Shown piece by piece: positions 51,750 to 63,700 of a DNA stretch of 64,000 nucleotides (positions within the stretch are counted from its first letter, which is position 1; every line of letters begins with the position of its first letter). This stretch comes from Eledone cirrhosa (Eukaryota). The translations under genes and the position numbers were made by a program. A model generated the notes under the pieces. The model saw only the letters and a program-made list of their open reading frames with translations. It ran no database searches and had not been told where the DNA came from. Where the stretch lies: positions 62,001-126,000 of the forward strand of contig CAXHJY010000898.1 of NCBI GenBank assembly GCA_964016885.1, written 5' to 3'.

Positions 51750-54700
51750 TTAGCTTAGCTTAGCTTAGGATAGCTTAGCTTAGCTTAGCTTAGAATAGCT
51801 TAGCTTAGGATAGCTTAGCTTAGGATAGCTTAGCTTAGGATAGCTTAGCTTAGGATAGCTTAGGATAGCTTAGCTTAGGATAGCTTAGGATAGCTTAGCT
51901 TAGGATAGCTTAGCTTAGCTTAGCTTAGGATAGCTTAGCTTAGCTTAGGATAGCTTAGCTTAGCTTAGCTTAGGATAGCTTAGCTTAGGATAGCTTAGGA
52001 AAGCTTAGCTTAGCTTAGCTTAGGATAGCTTAGCTTAGCTTAGCTTAGGATAGCTTAGCTTAGCTTAGGATAGCTTAGCTTAGCTTAGCTTAGGATAGCT
52101 TAGCTTAGCTTAGTTTAGGATAGCTTAGCTTAGCTTAGCTTAGGATAGCTTAGCTTGGCTTAGCTTAGGATAGCTTAGCTTAGCTTAGCTTAGGATAGCT
52201 TAGCTTAGGATAGCTTAGCTTAGCTTAGCTTAGGATAGCTTAGCTTAGCTTAGCTTAGGATAGCTTAGCTTAGGATAGCTTAGCTTAGCTTAGCTTAGGA
52301 TAGCTTAGCATAGCTTAGCTTAGGATAGCTTAGCTTAGCTTAGCTTAGGATAGCTTAGCTTAGCTTAGCTTAGGATAGCTTAGCTTAGCTTAGCTTAGGA
52401 TAGCTTAGCTTAGCTTAGCTTAGGATAGCTTAGCTTAGCTTAGCTTAGGATAGCTTAGCATAGCTTAGCTTAGGATAGCTTAGCTTAGCTTAGCTTAGGA
52501 TAGCTTAGCTTAGCTTAGGATAGCTTAGCTTAGCTTGGCTTAGGATAGCTTAGCTTAGCTTGGCTTAGGATAGCTTAGCTTAGCTTAGCTTAGGATAGCT
52601 TAGCTTAGGATAGCTTAGGATAGCTTAGCTTAGCTTAGCTTAGGATAGCTTAGCTTAGTTTAGGATAGCTTAGCTTAGCTTAGCTTAGGATAGCTTAGGA
52701 TAGCTTAGCTTAGGATAGCTTAGGATAGCTTAGCTTAGGATAGCTTAGGATAGCTTAGCTTAGGATAGCTTAGGATAGCTTAGGTTAGGATAGCTTAGCT
52801 TAGGATAGCTTAGGATAGCTTAGCTTAGGATAGCTTAGGATAGCTTAGCTTAGGATAGCTTAGGATAGCTTAGCTTAGGATAGCTTAGCTTAGGATAGCT
52901 TAGGAAAGCTTAGCTTAGCTTAGCTTAGGATAGCTTAGCTTAGCTTAGCTTAGGATAGCTTAGCTTAGCTTAGCTTAGGATAGCTTAGGATAGCTTAGCT
53001 TAGGATAGCTTAGGATAGCTTAGCTTAGGATAGCTTAGCTTAGGATAGCTTAGCTTAGGATAGCTTAGGATAGCTTAGCTTAGGATAGCTTAGGATAGCT
53101 TAGCTTAGGATAGCTTAGCTTAGGATAGCTTAGGATAGCTTAGCTTAGCTTAGCTTAGGATAGCTTAGCTTAGCTTAGGATAGCTTAGCTTAGCTTAGCT
53201 TAGCTTAGGATAGCTTAGCTTAGCTTAGGATAGCTTAGGATAGCTTAGCTTAGGATAGCTTAGGATAGCTTAGCTTAGGATAGCTTAGTATAGCTTAGCT
53301 TAGGATAGCTTAGGATAGCTTAGCTTAGGATAGCTTAGCTTAGGATAGCTTAGCTTAGCTTAGCTTAGGATAGCTTAGCTTAGGATAGCTTAGGATATCT
53401 TAGGTTAGGATAGCTTAGCTTAGGATAGCTTAGGATAGATTAGCTTAGCTTAGCTTAGGATAGCTTAGCTTAGCTTAGCTTAGGATAGCTTAGCTTAGCT
53501 TAGGATAGCTTAGCTTAGCTTAGCTTAGGATAGCTTAGCTTAGCTTAGCTTAGGATAGCTTAGCTTAGCTTAGGATAGCTTAGCTTAGCTTAGCTTAGGA
53601 TAGCTTAGCTTAGCTTAGCTTAGGATAGCTTAGCTTAGGATAGCTTAGCTTAGGATAGCTTAGCTTAGGTTAGCTTAGCTTAGCTTAGCTTAGGATAGCT
53701 TAGGATAGCTTAGCTTAGGATAACTTAGCTTAGCTTAGCTTAGGATAGCTTAGCTTAGCTTAGCTTAGGATAGCTTAGCTTAGCTTAGCTTAGGATAGCT
53801 TAGCTTAGGATAGCTTAGGATTGCTTAGCTTAGCTTAGCTTAGGATAGCTTAGCTTAGCTTAGCTTAGGATAGCTTAGCTTAGCTTAGCTTAGGATAGCT
53901 TAGCTTAGCTTAGGATAGCTTAGCTTAGCTTAGCTTAGGATAGCTTAGCTTAGCTTAGCTTAGGATAGCTTAGCTTAGCTTAGCTTAGGATAGCTTAGGA
54001 TAGCTTAGGATAGCTTAGCTTAGCTTAGCTTAGGATAGCTTAGCTTAGCTTAGGATAGCTTAGCTTAGCTTAGCTTAGGATAGCTTAGCTTAGCTTAGGA
54101 TAGCTTAGCTTAGCTTAGCTTAGGATAGCTTAGCTTAGCTTAGCTTAGGAGAGCTTAGCTTAGCTTAGCTTAGGATAGCTTAGCTTAGCTTAGCTTAGGA
54201 TAGCTTAGCTTAGCTTAGCTTAGGATAGATTAGCTTAGCTTAGGATAGCTTAGCTTAGCTTAGCTTAGGAAAGCTTAGCTTAGCTTAGGATAGCTTAGCT
54301 TAGCTTAGCTTAGGAGAGCTTAGCTTAGCTTAGCTTAGGATAGCTTAGCTTAGCTTAGCTTAGGATAGCTTAGCTTAGCTTAGGTAGCTTAGCTTAGCTT
54401 AGCTTAGGATAGCTTAGCTTAGCTTAGCTTAGCTTAGGATAGCTTAGCTTAGCTTAGCTTAGGAGAGCTTAGCTTAGCTTAGCTTAGGATAGCTTAGGAT
54501 AGCTTAGCTTAGGATAGCTTAGGATAGCTTACCTTAGGAGAGCTTAGCTTAGGATAGCTTAGCTTAGGATAGCTTAGGATAGCTTAGCTTAGGATAGCTT
54601 AGCTTAGGATAGCTTAGCTTAGGATAGCTTAGGATAGCTTAGCTTAGCTTAGCTTAGGATAGCTTAGCTTAGCTTAGCTTAGGATAGCTTAGCTTAGGTT

Positions 54701-55320
54701 AGCTTAGCTTAGCTTAGCTTAGGATAGCTTAGCTTAGGATAGCTTAGGATAGCTTAGGATAGCTTAGCTTAGGATAGCTTAGCTTAGGATAGCTTAGGAT
54801 AGCTTAGCTTAGGATAGCTTAGGATAGCTTAGCTTAGGATAGCTTAGCTTAGGATAGCTTAGGATAGCTTAGCTTAGCTTAGCTTAGGATAGCTTAGCTT
54901 AGCTTAGCTTAGGATAGCTTAGCTTAGCTTAGGATTGCTTAGCTTAGCTTAGCTTAGGATAGCTTAGGATAGCTTAGCTTAGGATAGCTTAGCTTAGGAT
55001 AGCTTAGGATAGCTTAGGATAGCTTAGCTTAGCTTAGCTTAGGATAGCTTAGCTTAGCTTAGCTTAGGATAGCTTAGCTTAGCTTAGCTTAGGATAGCTT
55101 AGCTTAGCTTAGGATAGCTTAGCTTAGCTTAGCTTAGGATAGCTTAGCTTAGCTTAGCTTAGGACAGCTTAGCTTAGCTTAGCTTAGGATAGCTTAGCTT
55201 AGCTTAGGATAGCTTAGCTTAGCTTAGCTTAGGATAGCTTAGCTTAGGATAGCTTAGCTTAGGATAGCTTAGCTTGGGTTAGCTTAGCTTAGCTTAGCTT
55301 AGGATAGCTTAGGATAGCTT
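51750..55320 (+). repeat. Block X, copy 4
   Basis: TTAGA 51790, AAAGC 52000, GATATC 53394, GGTAGC 54383, TTGGG 55274. Confidence 0.9.
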
Positions 55321-55329
55321 AGCTTAGGA

Positions 55330-58300
55330 TAGCTTAGCTTAGGATAGCTTAGGATAGCTTAGCTTAGGATAGCTTAGGATAGCTTAGCTTAGGATAGCTT
55401 AGCTTAGCTTAGCTTAGGATAGCTTAGCTTAGCTTAGGATAGCTTAGCTTAGCTTAGGATAGCTTAGCTTAGGATAGCTTAGGAAAGCTTAGCTTAGCTT
55501 AGCTTAGGATAGCTTAGCTTAGCTTAGCTTAGGATAGCTTAGCTTAGCTTAGGATAGCTTAGCTTAGCTTAGCTTAGGATAGCTTAGCTTAGCTTAGTTT
55601 AGGATAGCTTAGCTTAGCTTAGCTTAGGATAGCTTAGCTTGGCTTAGCTTAGGATAGCTTAGCTTAGCTTAGCTTAGGATAGCTTAGCTTAGGATAGCTT
55701 AGCTTAGCTTAGCTTAGGATAGCTTAGCTTAGCTTAGCTTAGGATAGCTTAGCTTAGGATAGCTTAGCTTAGCTTAGCTTAGGATAGCTTAGCATAGCTT
55801 AGCTTAGGATAGCTTAGCTTAGCTTAGCTTAGGATAGCTTAGCTTAGCTTAGGATAGCTTAGCTTAGCTTAGCTTAGGATAGCTTAGCTTAGCTTAGCTT
55901 AGGATAGCTTAGCTTAGCTTAGCTTAGGAAAGCTTAGCATAGCTTAGCTTAGGATAGCTTAGCTTAGCTTAGCTTAGGATAGCTTAGCTTAGCTTAGGAT
56001 AGCTTAGCTTAGCTTGGCTTAGGATAGCTTAGCTTAGCTTGGCTTAGGATAGCTTAGCTTAGCTTAGCTTAGGATAGCTTAGCTTAGGATAGCTTAGGAT
56101 AGCTTAGCTTAGCTTAGCTTAGGATAGCTTAGCTTAGTTTAGGATAGCTTAGCTTAGCTTAGCTTAGGATAGCTTAGGATAGCTTAGCTTAGGATAGCTT
56201 AGGATAGCTTAGCTTAGGATAGCTTAGGATAGCTTAGCTTAGGATAGCTTAGGATAGCTTAGGTTAGGATAGCTTAGCTTAGGATAGCTTAGGATAGCTT
56301 AGCTTAGGATAGCTTAGGATAGCTTAGCTTAGGATAGCTTAGGATAGCTTAGCTTAGGATAGCTTAGCTTAGGATAGCTTAGGAAAGCTTAGCTTAGCTT
56401 AGCTTAGGATAGCTTAGCTTAGCTTAGCTTAGGATAGCTTAGCTTAGCTTAGCTTAGGATAGCTTAGGATAGCTTAGCTTAGGATAGCTTAGGATAGCTT
56501 AGCTTAGGATAGCTTAGCTTAGGATAGCTTAGCTTAGGATAGCTTAGGATAGCTTAGCTTAGGATAGCTTAGGATAGCTTAGCTTAGGTAGCTTAGCTTA
56601 GGATAGCTTAGGATAGCTTAGCTTAGCTTAGCTTAGGATAGCTTAGCTTAGCTTAGGATAGCTTAGCTTAGCTTAGCTTAGCTTAGGATAGCTTAGCTTA
56701 GCTTAGGATAGCTTAGGATAGCTTAGCTTAGGATAGCTTAGGATAGCTTAGCTTAGGATAGCTTAGGATAGCTTAGCTTAGGATAGCTTAGGATAGCTTA
56801 GCTTAGGATAGCTTAGCTTAGGATAGCTTAGCTTAGCTTAGCTTAGGATAGCTTAGCTTAGGATAGCTTAGGATATCTTAGGTTAGGATAGCTTAGCTTA
56901 GGATAGCTTAGGATAGATTAGCTTAGCTTAGCTTAGGATAGCTTAGCTTAGCTTAGCTTAGGATAGCTTAGCTTAGGATAGCTTAGCTTAGCTTAGCTTA
57001 GGATAGCTTAGCTTAGCTTAGCTTAGGATAGCTTAGCTTAGCTTAGGATAGCTTAGCTTAGCTTAGCTTAGGATAGCTTAGCTTAGCTTAGCTTAGGATA
57101 GCTTAGCTTAGGATAGCTTAGCTTAGGATAGCTTAGCTTAGGTTAGCTTAGCTTAGCTTAGCTTAGGATAGCTTAGGATAGCTTAGCTTAGGATAACTTA
57201 GCTTAGCTTAGCTTAGGATAGCTTAGCTTAGCTTAGCTTAGGATAGCTTAGCTTAGCTTAGCTTAGGATAGCTTAGCTTAGGATAGCTTAGGATTGCTTA
57301 GCTTAGCTTAGCTTAGGATAGCTTAGCTTAGCTTAGCTTAGGATAGCTTAGCTTAGCTTAGGATAGCTTAGCTTAGCTTAGCTTAGGATAGCTTAGCTTA
57401 GCTTAGCTTAGGATAGCTTAGCTTAGCTTAGGATAGCTTAGCTTAGCTTAGCTTAGGATAGCTTAGCTTAGCTTAGCTTAGGATAGATTAGCTTAGCTTA
57501 GGATAGCTTAGCTTAGCTTAGCTTAGGAGAGCTTAGCTTAGCTTAGCTTAGGATAGCTTAGCTTAGCTTAGCTTAGGATAGCTTAGCTTAGCTTAGGTAG
57601 CTTAGCTTAGCTTAGCTTAGGATAGCTTAGCTTAGCTTAGCTTAGCTTAGGATAGCTTAGCTTAGCTTAGCTTAGGAGAGCTTAGCTTAGCTTAGCTTAG
57701 GATAGCTTAGGATAGCTTAGCTTAGGATAGCTTAGGATAGCTTACCTTAGGAGAGCTTAGCTTAGGATAGCTTAGCTTAGGATAGCTTAGGATAGCTTAG
57801 CTTAGGATAGCTTAGCTTAGGATAGCTTAGCTTAGGATAGCTTAGGATAGCTTAGCTTAGCTTAGCTTAGGATAGCTTAGCTTAGCTTAGCTTAGGATAG
57901 CTTAGCTTAGGTTAGCTTAGCTTAGCTTAGCTTAGCTTAGGATAGCTTAGCTTAGGATAGCTTAGGATAGCTTAGGATAGCTTAGCTTAGGATAGCTTAG
58001 CTTAGGATAGCTTAGGATAGCTTAGCTTAGGATAGCTTAGGATAGCTTAGCTTAGGATAGCTTAGCTTAGGATAGCTTAGGATAGCTTAGCTTAGCTTAG
58101 CTTAGGATAGCTTAGCTTAGCTTAGCTTAGGATAGCTTAGCTTAGCTTAGGATTGCTTAGCTTAGCTTAGCTTAGGATAGCTTAGGATAGCTTAGCTTAG
58201 GATAGCTTAGCTTAGGATAGCTTAGGATAGCTTAGGATAGCTTAGCTTAGCTTAGCTTAGGATAGCTTAGCTTAGCTTAGCTTAGGATAGCTTAGCTTAG

Positions 58301-58590
58301 CTTAGCTTAGGATAGCTTAGCTTAGCTTAGGATAGCTTAGCTTAGCTTAGCTTAGGATAGCTTAGCTTAGCTTAGCTTAGGACAGCTTAGCTTAGCTTAG
58401 CTTAGGATAGCTTAGCTTAGCTTAGGATAGCTTAGCTTAGCTTAGCTTAGGATAGCTTAGCTTAGGATAGCTTAGCTTAGGATAGCTTAGCTTGGGTTAG
58501 CTTAGCTTAGCTTAGCTTAGGATAGCTTAGGATAGCTTAGCTTAGGATAGCTTAGCTTAGCTTAGCTTAGGATAGCTTAGCTTAGCTTAG
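55330..58590 (+). repeat. Block X, copy 5 (tandem to copy 4, with a shortened middle)
   Basis: AAAGC 55484 (offset 3484 from copy 4), GATATC 56872, GGTAGC 56587 and 57596, TTGGG 58492. Confidence 0.88.
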
Positions 58591-60779
58591 CTTAGGATAG
58601 CTTAGCTTAGGTTAGCTTAGGATAGCTTAGGATAGCTTAGCTTAGGATAGCTTAGGATAGCTTAGCTTAGGATAGCTTAGCTTAGGATAGCTTAGCTTAG
58701 GTTAGCTTAGCTTAGCTTAGCTTAGGATAGCTTAGGATAGCTTAGCTTAGGATAGCTTAGCTTAGCTTAGCTTAGGATAGCTTAGCTTAGGATAGCTTAG
58801 GATAGCTTAGCTTAGGATAGCTTAGCTTAGGATAGCTTAGCTTAGGATAGCTTAGGATAGCTTAGCTTAGCTTAGCTTAGGATAGCTTAGCTTAGCTTAG
58901 CTTAGGATAGCTTAGCTTAGGTTAGCTTAGCTTAGCTTAGCTTAGGATAGCTTAGCTTAGGATAGCTTAGGATAGCTTTGCTTAGGATAGCTTAGCTTAG
59001 GATAGCTTAGGATAGCTTAGCTTAGGATAGCTTAGAATAGCTTAGCTTAGGATAGCTTAGCTTAGGATAGCTTAGGATAGCTTAGCTTAGCTTAGCTTAG
59101 GATAGCTTAGCTTAGCTTAGCTTAGGATAGCTTAGCTTAGCTTAGCTTAGGATAGCTTAGCTTAGCTTAGCTTAGGATAGCTTAGGATATCTTAGCTTAG
59201 GATAGCTTAGGATAGCTTAGGATAGCTTAGCTTAGCTTAGCTTAGGATAGCTTAGCTTAGCTTAGCTTAGGATAGCTTAGCTTAGCTTAGCTTAGGATAG
59301 CTTAGCTTAGCTTAGGATAGCTTAGCTTAGCTTAGCTTAGGATAGCTTAGCTTAGCTTAGCTTAGGATAGCTTAGCTTAGCTTAGGATAGCTTAGCTTAG
59401 CTTAGGATAGCTTAGCTTAGCTTAGCTTAGGATAGCTTAGCTTAGCTTAGCTTAGGATAGCTTAGCTTAGCTTAGCTTAGGATAGCTTAGCTTAGCTTAG
59501 CTTAGGATAGCTTAGCTTAGCTTAGCTTAGGATAGCTTAGCTTAGCTTAGCTTAGGATAGCTTAGCTTAGCTTAGCTTAGGATAGCTTAGCTTAGCTTAG
59601 CTTAGGATAGCTTAGCTTAGCTTAGCTTAGGATAGCTTAGCTTAGCTTGGCTTAGGATAGCTTAGCTTAGCTTGGCTTAGGATAGCTTAGCTTAGCTTAG
59701 CTTAGGATAGCTTAGCTTAGCTTAGCTTAGGATAGCTTAGCTTAGCTTAGCTTAGGATAGCTTAGCTTAGCTTAGCTTAGGATAGCTTAGCTTAGTTTAG
59801 GATAGCTTAGCTTAGCTTAGCTTAGGATAGCTTAGGATAGCTTAGCTTAGGATAGCTTAGGATAGCTTAGCTTAGGATAGCTTAGGTTAGGATAGCTTAG
59901 CTTAGGATAGCTTAGGATAGCTTAGCTTAGGATAGCTTAGGATAGCTTAGCTTAGGATAGCTTAGGATAGCTTAGCTTAGGATAGCTTAGCTTAGGATAG
60001 TTTAGGAAAGCTTAGCTTAGCTTAGCTTAGGATAGCTTAGCTTAGCTTAGCTTAGGATAGCTTAGCTTAGCTTAGCTTAGGATAGCTTAGGATAGCTTAG
60101 CTTAGGATAGCTTAGGATAGCTTAGCTTAGGATAGCTTAGCTTAGGAGAGCTTAGCTTAGGATAGCTTAGGATAGCTTAGCTTAGGATAGCTTAGGATAG
60201 CTTAGCTTAGGATAGCTTAGCTTAGGATAGCTTAGGATAGCTTAGCTTAGCTTAGCTTAGGATAGCTTAGCTTAGCTTAGCTTAGGATAGCTTAGCTTAG
60301 CTTAGCTTAGCTTAGGATAGCTTATCTTAGCTTAGCTTAGGATAGCTTAGGATAGCTTAGCTTAGGATAGCTTAGGATAGCTTAGCTTAGGATAGCTTAG
60401 GATAGCTTAGCTTAGGATAGCTTAGGATAGCTTAGCTTAGGATAGCTTAGCTTAGGATAGCTTAGCTTAGCTTAGCTTAGGATAGCTTAGCTTAGGATAG
60501 CTTAGGATAGCTTAGCTTAGGATAGCTTAGCTTAGCTTAGCTTAGGATAGCTTAGCTTAGCTTAGCTTAGGATAGCTTAGCTTAGCTTAGCTTAGGATAG
60601 CTTAGCTTAGCTTAGGATAGCTTAGCTTAGCTTAGCTTAGGAAAGCTTAGCTTAGCTTAGCTTAGGATAGCTTAGCTTAGGATAGCTTAGCTTAGGATAG
60701 CTTAGCTTAGGTTAGCTTAGCTTAGCTTAGCTTAGGATAGCTTAGGATAGCTTAGCTTAGGATAGCTTAGCTTAGCTTA

Positions 60780-63700
60780 GGATAGCTTAGCCTAGCTTAG
60801 CTTAGGATAGCTTAGCTTAGCTTAGCTTAGGATAGCTTAGCATAGGATAGCTTAGGATAGCTTAGCTTAGCTTAGCTTAGGATAGCTTAGCTTAGCTTAG
60901 GATAGCTTAGCTTAGCTTAGGATAGCTTAGCTTAGCTTAGCTTAGGATAGCTTAGCTTAGCTTAGCTTAGGATAGCTTAGCTTAGGTTAGCTTAGGATAG
61001 CTTAGGATAGCTTAGGATAGCTTAGCTTAGCTTAGCTTAGGATAGCTTAACTTAGCTTAGGATAGCTTAGCTTAGCTTAGCTTAGGATAGCTTAGCTTAG
61101 CTTAGCTTAGGATAGCTTAGCTTAGCTTAGCTTAGGATAGCTTAGCTTAGCTTAGCTTAGGATAGCTTAGCTTAGCTTAGCTTAGGATAGCTTAGCTTAG
61201 CTTAGCTTAGAATAGCTTAGCTTAGGATAGCTTAGCTTAGGATAGCTTAGGATAGCTTAGCTTAGGATAGCTTAGGATAGCTTAGCTTAGGATAGCTTAG
61301 CTTAGCTTAGCTTAGGATAGCTTAGCTTAGCTTAGGATAGCTTAGCTTAGCTTAGCTTAGGATAGCTTAGCTTAGGATAGCTTAGGAAAGCTTAGCTTAG
61401 CTTAGCTTAGCTTAGCTTAGCTTAGCTTAGCTTAGCTTAGGATAGCTTAGCTTAGCTTAGGATAGTTTAGCTTAGCTTAGCTTAGGATAGCTTAGCTTAG
61501 CTTAGCTTAGGATAGCTTAGCTTAGCTTAGCTTAGGATAGCTTAGCTTAGCTTAGGATAGCTTAGCTTAGCTTAGCTTAGGATAGCTTAGCTTAGCTTAG
61601 GATAGCTTAGCTCAGCTTAGCTTAGGATAGCTTAGCTTAGCTTAGCTTAGGATAGCTTAGCTTAGGATAGCTTAGCTTAGCTTAGGATAGCTTAGCTTAG
61701 CTTAGCTTAGGATAGCTTAGCTTAGCTTAGCTTAGGATAGCTTAGCTTAGCTTAGCTTAGTATAGCTTAGCTTAGCTTAGCTTAGGATAGCTTAGCTTAG
61801 CTTAGCTTAGGATAGCTTAGCTTAGCTTAGCTTAGGATAGCTTAGCTTAGCTTAGCTTAGGATAGCTTAGCTTAGCTTAGCTTAGGATAGCTTAGCTTAG
61901 CTTGGCTTAGGATAGCTTAGCTTAGCTTGGCTTAGGATAGCTTAGCTTAGCTTAGCTTAGGATAGCTTAGCTTAGCTTAGCTTAGCTTAGCTTAGCTTAG
62001 GATAGCTTAGCTTAGCTTAGCTTAGCTTAGGATAGCTTAGCTTAGCTTAGCTTAGCTTAGGATAGCTTAGCTTAGCTTAGCTTAGCTTAGCTTAGGATAG
62101 CTTAGCTTAGCTTAGCTTAGGATAGCTTAGCTTAGTTTAGGATAGCTTAGCTTAGCTTAGCTTAGGATAGCTTAGGATAGCTTAGCTTAGGATAGCTTAG
62201 GATAGCTTAGCTTAGGATAGCTTAGGATAGCTTAGGTTAGGATAGCTTAGCTTAGGATAGCTTAGGATAGCTTAGCTTAGGATAGCTTAGGATAGCTTAG
62301 CTTAGGATAGCTTAGGATAGCTTAGCTTAGAATAGCTTAGCTTAGGATAGCTTAGGAAAGCTTAGCTTAGCTTAGCTTAGGATAGCTTAGCTTAGCTTAG
62401 CTTAGGATAGCTTAGCTTAGCTTAGCTTAGGATAGCTTAGGATAGCTTAGCTTAGGATAGCTTAGGATAGCTTAGCTTTGGATAGCTTAGCTTAGGAGAG
62501 CTTAGCTTAGGATAGCTTAGGATAGCTTAGCTTAGGATAGCTTAGGATAGCTTAGCTTAGGATAGCTTAGCTTAGGATAGCTTAGGATAGCTTAGCTTAG
62601 CTTAGCTTAGGATAGCTTAGCTTAGCTTAGCTTAGCTTAGGATAGCTTAGCTTAGCTTAGCTTAGCTTAGGATAGCTTAGCTTAGCTTAGCTTAGGATAG
62701 CTTAGGATAGCTTAGCTTAGGATAGCTTAGGATAGCTTAGCTTAGGATAGCTTAGGATAGCTTAGCTTAGAATAGCTTAGGATAGCTTAGCTTAGGATAG
62801 CTTAGCTTAGGATAGCTTAGCTTAGCTTAGCTTAGGATAGCTTAGCTTAGGATAGCTTAGGATAGCTTAGCTTAGGATAGCTTAGCTAAGGATAGCTTAG
62901 GATAGCTTAGCTTAGCTTAGCTTAGGATAGCTTAGCTTAGCTTAGGATAGCTTAGCTTAGCTTAGGATAGCTTAGCTTAGCTTAGCTTAGGATAGCTTAG
63001 CTTAGCTTAGCTTAGGATAGCTTAGCTTAGCTTAGCTTAGGATAGCTTAGCTTAGCTTAGGATAGCTCAGCTTAGCTTAGCTTAGGAAAGCTTAGCTTAG
63101 CTTAGCTTAGGATAGCTTAGCTTAGGATAGCTTAGCTTAGGATAGCTTAGCTTAGGTTAGCTTAGCTTAGCTTAGCTTAGGATAGCTTAGGATAGCTTAG
63201 CTTAGGATAGCTTAGCTTAGCTTAGCTTAGGATAGCTTAGCTTAGCTTAGCTTAGGATAGCTTAGCTTAGCTTAGCTTAGGATAGCTTAGCTTAGGATAG
63301 CTTAGGATAGCTTAGCTTAGCTTAGCTTAGGATAGTTTAGCTTAGCTTAGCTTAGGATAGCTTAGCTTAGCTTAGGATAGCTTAGCTTAGCTTAGCTTAG
63401 GATAGCTTAGCTTAGCTTAGCTTAGGATAGCTTAGCTTAGGTTAGCTTAGGATAGCTTAGGATAGCTTAGCTTAGGATAGCTTAGGATAGCTTAGCTTAG
63501 GATAGCTTAGCTTAGGATAGCTTAGCTTAGGTTAGCTTAGCTTAGCTTAGCTTAGGATAGCTTAGGATAGCTTAGCTTAGGATAGCTTAGCTTAGCTTAG
63601 CTTAGGATAGCTTAGCTTAGGATAGCTTAGGATAGCTTAGCTTAGGATAGCTTAGCTTAGGATAGCTTAGCTTAGGATAGCTTAGGATAGCTTAGCTTAG

